Counted from the first letter of the stretch, positions 38,030-47,510 are shown. The stretch: DNA of 57,121 nucleotides from an uncultured Acidobacteriaceae bacterium (GCA_963792305.1 CAWBXL010000247.1:1-57121); one strand, 5' to 3'. Program-made: numbers and translations. The notes: a model not told the origin generated them from the letters alone.

Positions 38030-38154
38030 GCACAGAACGTCTTTCAATTTTGGTTGTAGGGCCCTGGATTCCGATGCCGTCTACACGGCATCCCCGAAAA
38101 TCCCACAACAGATTCCTCGCCGCAAACCGCGCGGCTCGGAATTACAACTGAAAT

Positions 38155-41151
38155 CTAGCTGCATCCCGAAGTCGAGCCGCAGCTTCCGCATCTGTAGCAG
38201 CTTCCGTTTCTGGTCATGATTGCGCCGCAGACGTGGCAGCTGGGAGCGTCTCCCAGATCGATCATGTTGGCCAGGGCATCGGAAGCGTGGACCGTTGTTG
38301 ACCGCTGGTCGCTGGTCGTTGGCTCAAAACTTTGTGAGCTTATGCCTTCGACTGGCGCGGCAACTCCGTTCAGCCGCGGCCTCAGGTTTTCGAACAGCAG
38401 TTGTTGCTGTCCGGTGAGGAAGCGCAATTGGAGCCAGCGGAAGATGTAGTCCATGATGGACTTGGCGAAGCCGATCTCTGCGGTTTTGCTCCAGCCGCTG
38501 GGCTCGAAGCGGGTGTGCGCGAATTTTTCGCAGAGCAGTTTGAGCGGCACGCCGTGTTGCAGAGCGATGGAGACGGCGCAGGCGAAGCTGTCCATGAGGC
38601 CGGAGACGGTGGAGCCTTCCTTCGCCATGGTGACGAAGATTTCTCCCGGCTCGCCGTCGGGATAGAGGCCGACGATGATGTAGCCCTCGTGTCCGCCGAC
38701 ATCGAACTTGTGCGTGACCGACATACGCTCATCCGGCAGGCGGTGACGCACGGCACGTGGCGGCGCGTTGAGATCCTGCTCAAGCTGCATGAGCGTGGGA
38801 GCGGCGGCCGGCTGGTTTCCGGCAGAAGCAGTCTTAGTGCCCGCGGCTGAAAGCGGCTGAGACTTTTTGCATCCATCGCGATACACCGCAACCGCCTTCA
38901 AGCCCAACTTCCACGCCTGAAGGTAAGCTTCCATAATGTCTTCAACCGATGCGTTCTCCGGCAAATTGACCGTCTTGGAAATGGCCCCGGAGATAAACGG
39001 CTGCGTAGCTGCCATCATCTTCAAATGCCCCATGTAGTGAATCGACCGAGTCCCCTTAGCCGGCTTGAACGAGCAATCAAACACAGCAAGGTGATCGTCT
39101 TTCACCGCAGGCGCACCCTCGATAGTTCCGGTCGCGTCAATATAAGAAACAATCGCATCCGCCTGCTCATGGTTGTAACCAAGCTTGAACAGAGCCGTCG
39201 GGACGGTGTTGTTGACGATCTTAATCATCCCGCCACCAACCAGCTTCTTGTACTTCACCAAAGCCAGATCAGGCTCGATACCCGTGGTGTCGCAATCCAT
39301 CATGAATCCAATCGTGCCTGTCGGAGCTAAAACCGTTACCTGTGAGTTGCGGTAGCCGTGCTTTTCGCCGTGGGCCAGGGCTTCGTCCCAGCATTGTTTG
39401 CTGGCTTCGTGGAGGCTCGCGGGAACATTTGTCTTGCTGATGTTGTTTACGCTGGCGCGGTGCATTCTGATTACATCCAGGAATGGTTCGCGGTTGATGT
39501 ACCAGCCCGGGCAGGCGGCTCCGGGCATTACATTGGAGCCCAGGTTGGTTTCTGCCAGGCCTTTTTTTGTTGGCTCTGTGGCTGGAGCTAGCGGTTCGCA
39601 GAGTTCGGCGATTCTTGAACTTTGCAAGTATGCTTCGCCGCACATGATTGCGGTTACGCAGGCGGCGTAGTCGCGGCCTCCGTCGGAGTCGTAGGGTAGG
39701 CCTGTTGCCATTAACAGTGCGCCCAGGTTTGCGTAGCCTAAGCCTAGCGGACGGTAGTCGTGCGAGTTGCGCATGATGGATTCGGTCGGGTATCCGGCGT
39801 TATCCACCAGGATTTCTTGTGCGGTGATCAGGACGTCAACCGCGTGGCGGTATGCCTCGACATCAAACGTTCCGTTCGGCGCGAACTTCACCAGGTTCAG
39901 GCTGGCCAGGTTGCAGGCTGAGTCATCGAGGAACATGTATTCGCTGCATGGGTTGCTGGCGTTGATTCGGTTTGTGTTCTTGCTGGTGTGCCAGCGGTTG
40001 ACCGTGGTGTCGTATTGCATGCCCGGGTCGCCGCAGTGCCACGTCGCCTCGGACAGTTTGTAGAGAAGGTCTTTGGCTTTGTAGGTGTTCATGACCGCGC
40101 CATCTTTGACCGACTTGGTGCTGAAGTTGGTGTCGCGGACTACTGCGTACATGAAGTCATCGGTTACGCGGACGGAGTTGTTGGCATTCTGAAAGAAAAT
40201 GGAGCTGTAGGCGTCGGAATCCGGAGACGACCCGTCGTAGCCTTGCGCTACCAGTGCGTGGGCTTTGGCTTCTTCTTTCTGTTTGCACTCGATGAAGTCG
40301 ATGATGTCCGGGTGCTCTACGTTCAGGATTACCATCTTCGCGGCGCGGCGGGTTTTGCCGCCGGATTTAATTACGCCGGCGAAGGCGTCGAAGCCTTTCA
40401 TGAAGCTTAGCGGGCCGCTGGCGGTGCCACCTCCGCTTAACTGTTCGGTGGAGGAACGCAGCGTGGAGAGATTAGTGCCGGTGCCTGATCCCCACTTGAA
40501 GAGCATGCCTTCTGTTTTGGCCAGGGTGAGGATGGAGTCCAGCGAATCTTGAACTGAATTGATGAAGCACGCGGAGCATTGTGGCTTGGTGTATCCGGTG
40601 ACGCCGAATTCGACATTTTGTGTTGCGGGGTTCCAGTGCCAGTTGCGTCCGTCGGAGTTGGGCTCGATTCTGTCGCAGCCTACGTTGAACCAGACGGGTG
40701 AATTGAAGGCCGCCATTTGGCGGACGAGGATGTGCGTCAGCTCGTCGTGGAACGTGGCGCCATCTTCCGGTGTGTGGAAGTAGCCTTGAGCTAGACCCCA
40801 ATCGCGGATGGTTTCAGCGACCCGGGTGATCAGCTGGCGCGCTCCGGTTTCGCGCTCTGGCGTGCCTAACGTGCCGTGTAGATATTTAGAGGCAACGATG
40901 TTTGTTGCCGTCATCGACCAATCTTTGGGGACTTCGACGTCTTTTTGTTCGAAGATGATTCCGCCCTTGGAGTCGGTGATCTGGGCCAGACGGAGTTCCC
41001 ATTCGATTTCGTCGTAGGGATTGACTCCGGCTTTAGTGAATAGACGGCGGAAGGTCAGACCAGTGGCCTTCTTTTTAGACGGGGTGGCGGCGGTCGTCGA
41101 GGTGGCCTCGGCGGCAGTGTTGGGGGCTCCTTGCGTGATTACCTCGGACAT
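38155..41151 (-). CDS. nrdJ: Adenosylcobalamin-dependent ribonucleoside-diphosphate/triphosphate reductase (class II)
   Basis: Intact 998 aa with AAFNSPVWFN, QCSACFI, GSGTGTNLS.LRS, NPCSEYMF.DDSACNLASLNL and VAVYRDGCK. The C-terminus has a Cys-rich zinc ribbon (CHVCGAIM..CYRCGSCGSTSGC). Confidence 0.9.
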   Translation of the reverse strand: MSEVITQGAPNTAAEATSTTAATPSKKKATGLTFRRLFTKAGVNPYDEIEWELRLAQITDSKGGIIFEQKDVEVPKDWSMTATNIVASKYLHGTLGTPERETGARQLITRVAETIRDWGLAQGYFHTPEDGATFHDELTHILVRQMAAFNSPVWFNVGCDRIEPNSDGRNWHWNPATQNVEFGVTGYTKPQCSACFINSVQDSLDSILTLAKTEGMLFKWGSGTGTNLSTLRSSTEQLSGGGTASGPLSFMKGFDAFAGVIKSGGKTRRAAKMVILNVEHPDIIDFIECKQKEEAKAHALVAQGYDGSSPDSDAYSSIFFQNANNSVRVTDDFMYAVVRDTNFSTKSVKDGAVMNTYKAKDLLYKLSEATWHCGDPGMQYDTTVNRWHTSKNTNRINASNPCSEYMFLDDSACNLASLNLVKFAPNGTFDVEAYRHAVDVLITAQEILVDNAGYPTESIMRNSHDYRPLGLGYANLGALLMATGLPYDSDGGRDYAACVTAIMCGEAYLQSSRIAELCEPLAPATEPTKKGLAETNLGSNVMPGAACPGWYINREPFLDVIRMHRASVNNISKTNVPASLHEASKQCWDEALAHGEKHGYRNSQVTVLAPTGTIGFMMDCDTTGIEPDLALVKYKKLVGGGMIKIVNNTVPTALFKLGYNHEQADAIVSYIDATGTIEGAPAVKDDHLAVFDCSFKPAKGTRSIHYMGHLKMMAATQPFISGAISKTVNLPENASVEDIMEAYLQAWKLGLKAVAVYRDGCKKSQPLSAAGTKTASAGNQPAAAPTLMQLEQDLNAPPRAVRHRLPDERMSVTHKFDVGGHEGYIIVGLYPDGEPGEIFVTMAKEGSTVSGLMDSFACAVSIALQHGVPLKLLCEKFAHTRFEPSGWSKTAEIGFAKSIMDYIFRWLQLRFLTGQQQLLFENLRPRLNGVAAPVEGISSQSFEPTTSDQRSTTVHASDALANMIDLGDAPSCHVCGAIMTRNGSCYRCGSCGSTSGCS

Positions 41152-41344
41152 CGCTCTGTTTCTCCCTTTATATTGTCTCGGATTCTGGGGGATCCGTTGA
41201 TACCGTCTTCTATGTACCGTCCCTGAAGGGACTCTGTCTTTTATCTTTCTTTCCCGGCACTGCCGTGCCGGGCTTTCTTATTCCGTTCGCTTCGCGACTG
41301 GCGGGTCAAAGACCCGCCACTATACATCCACAACAAATTCAAAA

Positions 41345-41402
41345 CCAACTGCAAAACCAAAAACGCCGCTTTCGCGGCTGGACAGACGAGGGCGTCTGTC
41401 CC
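41345..41402 (-). terminator. Tandem hairpins / putative terminator downstream of ORF 41413..41865
   Basis: The minus strand reads GACAGACG-ccct-CGTCTGTC, then GCCGC-gaaa-GCGGC followed by gTTTTTggTTTT. Confidence 0.5.
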
Positions 41403-41412
41403 TACGTATTTT

Positions 41413-41865
41413 TTATGCTGCTGAGGCTGCCTCGGAGGTGGATTGCATCCACTTTTGTAGTGCGGCCAGGGCGCTTTGTCGTTGGGCGGCATCTTCTATT
41501 ACGGTGTAGCGCGCATAGCAGCCGCCGTTTTCTAGACGTTCGCGCAGCATATTGCCTGGTAGGAACATGCGTCCTAGCGTCATGCCTAGATCATCAGCTT
41601 GAGAGATTTGGAATAAGGCCAGCATGCGCTTGCCTTCTGTGCCGTTTTCGCCTGGAGCTATGATTTCTTCTCCCAGGGCGAAGACTCCGGGCTTGGCGGG
41701 GACTAGTATCGCGCTTACGCTGCTATCGAGGTGGAACCATCTTGACCACTCCAAGCGGCGGTGGTCCAAGGTCGGATCTACGCCGTTTCTTGCCAGCGAA
41801 TCGTTTACTAGTTGAGCCAAACCTTCCATGTTTCCCTCTCTTCCAAAGCCCGTTTTAGACGACAC
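41413..41865 (-). CDS. Hypothetical protein
   Basis: Intact 150-aa ORF followed by terminator-like hairpins. No family is recognised (..KPGVFALGEEIIAPGENGTEGKRMLALFQISQADDLG..). Confidence 0.4.
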   Translation of the reverse strand: MSSKTGFGREGNMEGLAQLVNDSLARNGVDPTLDHRRLEWSRWFHLDSSVSAILVPAKPGVFALGEEIIAPGENGTEGKRMLALFQISQADDLGMTLGRMFLPGNMLRERLENGGCYARYTVIEDAAQRQSALAALQKWMQSTSEAASAA

Positions 41866-42254
41866 CGACCTATTCCTCGGGCGAGGGTCGTTTTACACAG
41901 ACTCTTTGCTTGTCAAAAACCTTCGATTGCTTCCTTGGGGGAGGTCCGGCTGCCCGGAACTGGATCAAGGAAAACAGTCACCGCTCAATGCTCAAAGCTT
42001 CTACTCTCAATGGGGTAGAAGTCTTTGTAAGTTGTTGTGGGCGCGGGGTCACCTCTGGCCAAGCGTCCGCAAGTTTTGTTGCAAAACTCGCTCAATTGAT
42101 TGCGAATTTTAAGCCCTGTGGGTGGTAAAAGTACTCCCGCCTGTAGTGGCTGTCAAGGGAATATCACTACCTATTGTATACCCTGTAGAGACGGCCCAAA
42201 AGCGCCATACGACCTTTCGAATTCCACAGGAAATTCACACGCCTGTAACACTTG

Positions 42255-42608
42255 TTATGCGCTGGGCTGGCGGCGCTGGTTTCTGGTTGATCGTACCGAC
42301 ATGGCTGGGAGCTTTTTTAATGGGGCCAGAGTGACTACTTCATCGGGCACTAGAGAATCCATAGGGACATAAACGTCTTCAAAAAATTGTTGGGGTGCGA
42401 TGCGGCGGACGCCGTCGCACCACTCCATCAAATAGTCGCCTTTTTTACCTTTGTGTTCGCGGCCTAATGCGTCTACGAATTTCAGTGGCTGGTCGAGTTG
42501 TTTTGCTTTGATCAGGAAACGGGTGCGATAGGTGCTCCATTCATTCTTCACTTGCGTCCACCGTTGAGGGAATGAAAGTTTCGATGCTGATTGGTTCTGT
42601 GTTGGCAA
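42255..42608 (-). CDS. Hypothetical protein
   Basis: 117-aa ORF with a TTG start and no recognisable motif. Confidence 0.3.
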   Translation of the reverse strand: MPTQNQSASKLSFPQRWTQVKNEWSTYRTRFLIKAKQLDQPLKFVDALGREHKGKKGDYLMEWCDGVRRIAPQQFFEDVYVPMDSLVPDEVVTLAPLKKLPAMSVRSTRNQRRQPSA

Positions 42609-42883
42609 AATTTGTCACCGCTTCAGGCTGGGTTTTCGTTTGGCGTGAGGACGAATCTACGCGGGGAATGGGTTGCGGTCAATTACACATTTGTTGTGCA
42701 GGTCGAAAGTTTTTGGCCACGGATTTTCACGGATGAACACGGATTAAGCGATGGTTGAGATGTGGCTTGGGTGGCGGCTTTGCGTGGGGTTTTCGGGGTG
42801 AATAGATTATTTGGTGGAAAATTTCAAGGCTTTATTTCCACATGAAGTGCACAGGAAACGCAGAGTGCGGTTGGAGACGGAAA

Positions 42884-42920
42884 CATAAAAAATGGCCCTG
42901 AGAGCTTTTGCTCAGAGCCA
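42884..42920 (-). terminator. Putative intrinsic terminator after ORF 42936..43643
   Basis: The minus strand reads GGCTCTGAGC-aaaa-GCTCTCAGGGCC (imperfect stem) followed by aTTTTTTat. Confidence 0.5.
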
Positions 42921-42935
42921 TATCTTTGAGAATAT

Positions 42936-43643
42936 TTAGAACACTACGGTTAGGGCGATGCGCACGCCTGGGTGAATGGGATCGAAGAGAAAGTAGCCAT
43001 CGTCGACGTAATCGATGTAGCAGTCATCGTCGTAGGACCAGCCGGCTGGCCACGCGTCAACAAATTCGAACCAGTATCCGCTGGACTGGAAACGCGGACG
43101 GTTTTCCACGATTACTGGGTGGCCTACATGGAAGTGATGTTCGCGCCCGAAGCTGGCGCGGAATTTTTCATCGGGGATGCGTTGATTGGAGCGCTGACCA
43201 TGGTTGCGGTCGTTTTGATCATTGGGTGATGAAGCGCGTGCTTGCTGACGATTCTGGTCTTTCTGTTGCTTGTCCTGATCTTTCTGGGCGCGGTTGGCGT
43301 CGTCATCTTTGCGCTTCTGATCATCGCGGGCCTGTTTTTGCGGCTCTTCGTTTTTTGGTTGTTGCTTAGACTGGTCTTCCTGCTGGTGCTTGGCCTCATT
43401 TTGCTGATGCTTCTCTTGTTCTTTGGCCTGGTCTTTTTGTTCCTTTACCTGTTGGTCTTGCGCTCGATTGTCGGGTTTGGCTTCCTGCGGCTTACTTTCT
43501 TTGGGCTTGGGCTCTTCTTTGGCTTTCGGCTCTTCCTGCTGGGGCGGCTTGGCTTCCTCGCGCTGATCTTGTGCATATGCAGGAGCTGCGATTGTGCAGA
43601 AGAGAAACAAAAGAACGACAGTAATAGTTCCAAGGTATTTCAT
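42936..43643 (-). CDS. Secreted protein with a long K/E/Q/D-rich low-complexity region and a conserved aromatic C-terminal domain
   Basis: The signal peptide is MKYLGTITVVLLFLFCTIAAPAYA, so the start is likely at 43643 and not the listed 43670. About 150 aa of (K/E/P/Q) repeats follow, then RIPDEKFRASFGREHHF..GYWFEFVDAWPAGWSYDDDCYIDYVDDGYFLFD. Confidence 0.5.
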   Translation of the reverse strand: MKYLGTITVVLLFLFCTIAAPAYAQDQREEAKPPQQEEPKAKEEPKPKESKPQEAKPDNRAQDQQVKEQKDQAKEQEKHQQNEAKHQQEDQSKQQPKNEEPQKQARDDQKRKDDDANRAQKDQDKQQKDQNRQQARASSPNDQNDRNHGQRSNQRIPDEKFRASFGREHHFHVGHPVIVENRPRFQSSGYWFEFVDAWPAGWSYDDDCYIDYVDDGYFLFDPIHPGVRIALTVVF

Positions 43644-43773
43644 AATGCCTCCATCAATCTGTGCGTCCAAAATCAGATGGTCACGGGAAGTTTGAGGATG
43701 TCATTAGGTTTCAAGGGAGTGCTGTATTTACGGAGTTTTAAAGCTGCATGAAAACTGACGTGGCAGGACAGTT

Positions 43774-44703
43774 TTATAGATTCTTTTTGTGCAGAAATTC
43801 TCGTACTACGTCTTCGGCGTTCCGGTGTTGGCCGTCAACGGCGTAGTTGAGTTGGCGCATGTCGTCGTCGGTAATTTTTCCGGATAGCTCATCCATGGCG
43901 ATTTTTACTTCTGGATGTTTGGACAACATTTCTTGGCGCATCACGGGAACTGCTTCGTAGGGCGGGAAGTAGTGGCGGTCGTCTTCCAGGACATAAAAAT
44001 TTAACGCCCAGATCAGGCCGTCGGTGCTGTTCCCGGCTGTGATATCTACTTGTTTATCTTTCAAACTTCGCGCGAGCAGACCCATGTCCATGATTCTTGG
44101 TTGATCAGCGAAGTGGAGGTTGTAGGTTTGGGCCAGGCCTTTGTAGCCGTCGGGACGTTCCATGAATTCGTAGCCGAATCCTGCGTGCCAGAGCGAGGAG
44201 TATTTTGCGGCTTCGGAGATGGTTTTGATATTTAGTTTTTGCGCGTCTTCTCGGCGGATTTGCATGGCGAAGGTGTCGTTGAAGCCCAGGGGCTCGCCTA
44301 TCGCCAGATTGAAGCGTTGGGCGTAGGTGGATTTTATTTGGTTGTAGACCTCCTCTTTTGTCCCCTTTGGTGGTTGTTTCAGAATTGCGGTCAGGGCTGT
44401 GCCAGTGTATTCGGGGTAGATGTCAATGCGTCCGCCGAGGATTGCCTGGTGACAGATGTAGGTTCCCGCCAGGTAGAAGCGACGTTCTACTTTCAGATGA
44501 GTTTTGTTTTCGATCTGCTGGGCGAAGAGTTCTCCTAGGATTAGTTGTTCGGTGAAGTTTTTTGTGCCGATGACAATGCGGTCGGTGCGCGGGGGACCGC
44601 AAGAGAGCGATGCTGCTATTAGCACTGCGATTGCAATTGTGCTGCCTGCAAAACGCAAGGTCCCTCGACTTCGCTCGGGGTGACAGTTTGGGAGAGGGGG
44701 CAT
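43774..44703 (-). CDS. Osmoprotectant (glycine betaine/choline) ABC transporter substrate-binding lipoprotein
   Basis: IVIGTKNFTEQLILGELFAQ..IDIYPEYTGTAL..GFNDTFAM..GFGYEF.ERPDGY..ITAGNSTDG is the OpuBC/OsmF family pattern. The first ~20 codons (CHPERSRGTLRF) read through a REP element, so the true start is probably downstream, near the lipobox LSCG. Confidence 0.8.
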   Translation of the reverse strand: MPPLPNCHPERSRGTLRFAGSTIAIAVLIAASLSCGPPRTDRIVIGTKNFTEQLILGELFAQQIENKTHLKVERRFYLAGTYICHQAILGGRIDIYPEYTGTALTAILKQPPKGTKEEVYNQIKSTYAQRFNLAIGEPLGFNDTFAMQIRREDAQKLNIKTISEAAKYSSLWHAGFGYEFMERPDGYKGLAQTYNLHFADQPRIMDMGLLARSLKDKQVDITAGNSTDGLIWALNFYVLEDDRHYFPPYEAVPVMRQEMLSKHPEVKIAMDELSGKITDDDMRQLNYAVDGQHRNAEDVVREFLHKKNL

Positions 44704-44707
44704 TGGC

Positions 44708-45340
44708 TTATTTTGGGCTTAGGCGTTTTTCCACCCAGCCTAAGCCGGCATCGGCAGTGATTGCTAAAAGCGCCGCAGGAATTGCTCCTGCCAGAATGAC
44801 AGCATTGTTTACCATGGCCAGGCCACGAAAGATAAACTCTCCCAGGCCTCCTGCGCCGATGGCTGCTGCAATGGTTCCTATGCCGATGGTTAGCACGACG
44901 GCTACGCGCAGGCCCGCGATGATTACGCTTAGCGACAGTGGTAACTCTACTTGCCAGAGGATTTGGGTAGCGGTCATTCCCATGCCTCGGGCGGCTTCGA
45001 CTACTGCTGGGTCTACGCCACGGATTCCTGCATAGGTATTGCGGATTAAAGGGAGCAACGCGTAGAGAGCCAGGGCCAAAATTGCCAAGCGGTCTGCTCT
45101 CTCTCCGATCCATGGGGCTGGCAACAAGAATCCGAATAGCGCCAGGCTCGGAATTGTCTGAATGATGTTGGCTGTGCCGATTACCGGCTTGTTCCAAATT
45201 GGCTTGCGCGAGATCAGGATACCTAGCGGGATTCCTACGATTGCCGCCAGAAATGTTGCTACTCCTACCAGCCATAAATGTTCCAACGTCAGGTGTAAAA
45301 CCTGGTCCCAGTTTTGCGCTATGAATTGCCAGACGTTCAT
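44708..45340 (-). CDS. Osmoprotectant ABC transporter permease
   Basis: Intact 210 aa with multiple TM helices and the EAA-loop region (VDPAVVEAARGMGMTATQILWQVELPL). Confidence 0.85.
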   Translation of the reverse strand: MNVWQFIAQNWDQVLHLTLEHLWLVGVATFLAAIVGIPLGILISRKPIWNKPVIGTANIIQTIPSLALFGFLLPAPWIGERADRLAILALALYALLPLIRNTYAGIRGVDPAVVEAARGMGMTATQILWQVELPLSLSVIIAGLRVAVVLTIGIGTIAAAIGAGGLGEFIFRGLAMVNNAVILAGAIPAALLAITADAGLGWVEKRLSPK

Positions 45341-46116
45341 TTTGACGCTCCGATTGCCGGCGGGACGCCGGCGCTACCAAATGCGGAGATATATTGCTTG
45401 ACCAGCGGCTCGCTGGATTGCGGAAATTCTTTTGCGCTGCATGCTGTGATGAGTTTTCCCTCTTCGATCAGCGCTATGCGTGTGCCGAGTAATAAAGCTT
45501 CGCGCAGGTCGTGGGTTACGAACACAACGGTTTTTTGCAGACGCTTTTGTAATGCCAGGAATTCGTGTTGCAGTTCGGCCCTGGTTACTGGATCCAGCGC
45601 GCCGAAGGGCTCATCCATTAATAAGATTGGCGGGTCGGCGGCCAGGGCTCTGGCTACTCCTACTCTTTGGCGCTGGCCTCCGGAGAGTTCTTTGGGATAG
45701 CGTGATGCCAGTTGTCCATCAAGTCCTACGAGGTGCAGCATTTCTTTCACGCGCGTTTCGATTTTTTCTTTTGGCCAATTTTCTATGGATGGAACCAAGC
45801 CTATGTTTCTGGCTACGGTGAAGTGCGGGAACAGGCCTGTCTCCTGGATCACGTAGCCGATCATGCGACGGAGGCGGATTACGTCCCAATCTCGCGTTGC
45901 TTTGTTGGCTACTTTTAATTCGCCGTCTGTCGGGATTAAGAGATTATTGATCAACTTCAGTGTGGTGGTTTTGCCTGATCCGCTGCGGCCCAGCAAGACC
46001 AGAGTTTCTCCGCGATGGATGGTCAGGTTTAATTCGTGAATCAGCTCACGGCTGTCTTGCAGGCGATAGGAGACGTTGGAGAATTCGATGACGGTGTTGT
46101 CGTTCGGCTGGGTCAT
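45337..46116 (-). CDS. Osmoprotectant ABC transporter ATP-binding protein
   Basis: Walker A is GRSGSGKTT, the signature is LSGGQRQRVGVARAL and Walker B is ILLMDEPFGALD. The stop overlaps the permease start. Confidence 0.85.
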   Translation of the reverse strand: MTQPNDNTVIEFSNVSYRLQDSRELIHELNLTIHRGETLVLLGRSGSGKTTTLKLINNLLIPTDGELKVANKATRDWDVIRLRRMIGYVIQETGLFPHFTVARNIGLVPSIENWPKEKIETRVKEMLHLVGLDGQLASRYPKELSGGQRQRVGVARALAADPPILLMDEPFGALDPVTRAELQHEFLALQKRLQKTVVFVTHDLREALLLGTRIALIEEGKLITACSAKEFPQSSEPLVKQYISAFGSAGVPPAIGASK

Positions 46117-46132
46117 GCGGCTTGCTAGTAGA

Positions 46133-47446
46133 TTAGCCTATCGCGCGGAGAATCTCGCTGGCGGCACGGTGTCCGCTGGCCATGGCTCCGTGGACTGTGC
46201 CGTTGTAGCCGGTGATGTCGGTGGCTTCTCCAGCGAAAAATAGGGTGCTGGCTATGGGCTTGCCTAGATTTTTTTGTGCCGTGTCCCCGCCGGCTTTTAC
46301 GTAACTGTAAGCGCCGCGGGAGAACGGGTCGGCTTCCCAGTCATGGGAATAGGAAGTGGCCAGCAAATGGTTGAGTTCGTTGCGATCGGTGCGAAGCAGG
46401 TTTGACAATGCGCTGATGGCTTTGCCGGTAATGGAGTCAAGGCTATGCCCGGTGAGCCGGTCGGCGGCGTGAAATGGCGCCCAGCCTACGATCACCGCGG
46501 ATTTGACAGGCATTTGCGTCCACCAGGTTGGGAATAGTTCGTCGTCGGAGAACAGGAAACTTAGTTTGGAAAGAGATTTTTTGTTGATGCGGATGTCTAC
46601 CCAGAAACGTTCCCGGAAGCATAAGCTCACACGGATTACTTTTCCCATGGCCAGTCTTGATAGCGCCTGACGTTTTTGCGCTGGAAGTCCGGGGCTGAAC
46701 AGGACCGCGCCTTTGGATTGTGGTTTGGCGTGAAGGACTCCAAGCGGCAGGGTGATCAGCACGTGGGTCGCCTGGTAGGTTTTCTTGTCCGTCGTGATTT
46801 GTGCTTCGCCTTGTTTCCAGCGAATTTGTTTGACAATGGTGTTCAGATCAACCTGCGCTCTTTTGATTTGATCCTGGAATATTTTCACGAGTCTTTGATA
46901 TCCCTGCGGAATACGGTAGGCCTGTTCGCCGTCGATTTTTTCATCGGCGCGCATTCCTTTTACTAATGAGTGGACGCTGATTAGCCTCGGATCGGCGGCG
47001 TGGAATCCTTGGATGTAGCGTAGGACCCTGGCGCGGATTTCTGGTGGGATGGGTTTCTTCTTTTCATACTTCTTCAAGAATTCAATAAATGACTGATCGC
47101 GATGGCGATCTGTCAGCTTGTCCAGAACTTCGTCTACTTGCGAAAAAAAGTCACAATCGGACAGCTTTCCTTTTTGTACGCAGTAGTTATCACCATCTAC
47201 CTTGTGAGCAGCGATTTTATTCTTCCGCAGCAGGTTCCAAATTTGCGGTGGGCGGCCGTGGACGAATTCCGCTCCCAGTTCGATTGTGGAGTTGGTGTGT
47301 GGATCTTTCTTGGTAAACATGCGGCCGCCGATGCGGTCTCTTGCTTCGAGGATAGTGACGGCTACTCCGGCGCGGTTGAGCTCTGCGGCGGCGGTAAGGC
47401 CGGAGGCTCCGGCTCCGATGATTACTACGTTTGCATCTTTCGCCAT
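46133..47446 (-). CDS. Flavin-containing amine oxidase family oxidoreductase
   Basis: The dinucleotide fold is VVIIGAGASGLTAAAELNRAGVAVTILEARDRIGGR, and the C-terminus reads FFAGEAT..GTVHGAMASG. Intact 437 aa. Confidence 0.8.
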   Translation of the reverse strand: MAKDANVVIIGAGASGLTAAAELNRAGVAVTILEARDRIGGRMFTKKDPHTNSTIELGAEFVHGRPPQIWNLLRKNKIAAHKVDGDNYCVQKGKLSDCDFFSQVDEVLDKLTDRHRDQSFIEFLKKYEKKKPIPPEIRARVLRYIQGFHAADPRLISVHSLVKGMRADEKIDGEQAYRIPQGYQRLVKIFQDQIKRAQVDLNTIVKQIRWKQGEAQITTDKKTYQATHVLITLPLGVLHAKPQSKGAVLFSPGLPAQKRQALSRLAMGKVIRVSLCFRERFWVDIRINKKSLSKLSFLFSDDELFPTWWTQMPVKSAVIVGWAPFHAADRLTGHSLDSITGKAISALSNLLRTDRNELNHLLATSYSHDWEADPFSRGAYSYVKAGGDTAQKNLGKPIASTLFFAGEATDITGYNGTVHGAMASGHRAASEILRAIG

Positions 47447-47510
47447 GCAAGGTCGCGGGACAGCTTATCGCTGTCCCGCGTTTTCATGTACTGTGATTCC
47501 CTACTGAGGT

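Noticed and set aside
41152-41412. Cobalamin riboswitch or tandem NrdR boxes upstream of nrdJ
   Set aside because: I found only half-site resemblance to the NrdR palindrome, and no recognisable B12-box core on the transcribed strand. The hairpins look like REP units. This cannot be settled without covariance-model scanning.
43242-43751. 169-aa L/F-rich + strand membrane-like ORF
   Set aside because: It is the exact antisense of the K/E/Q-rich repeat region of ORF 42936..43643, because AAG/GAA repeats read as CTT/TTC. The minus-strand gene has a signal peptide and a terminator.
43774-47446. Betaine ABC transporter plus amine oxidase as a novel catabolic system
   Set aside because: This is an ordinary OpuB/OsmF-type three-gene transporter. 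The adjacent flavin amine oxidase is separated by only a 16-nt gap, which fits co-transcription, but nothing in the sequence is unusual.
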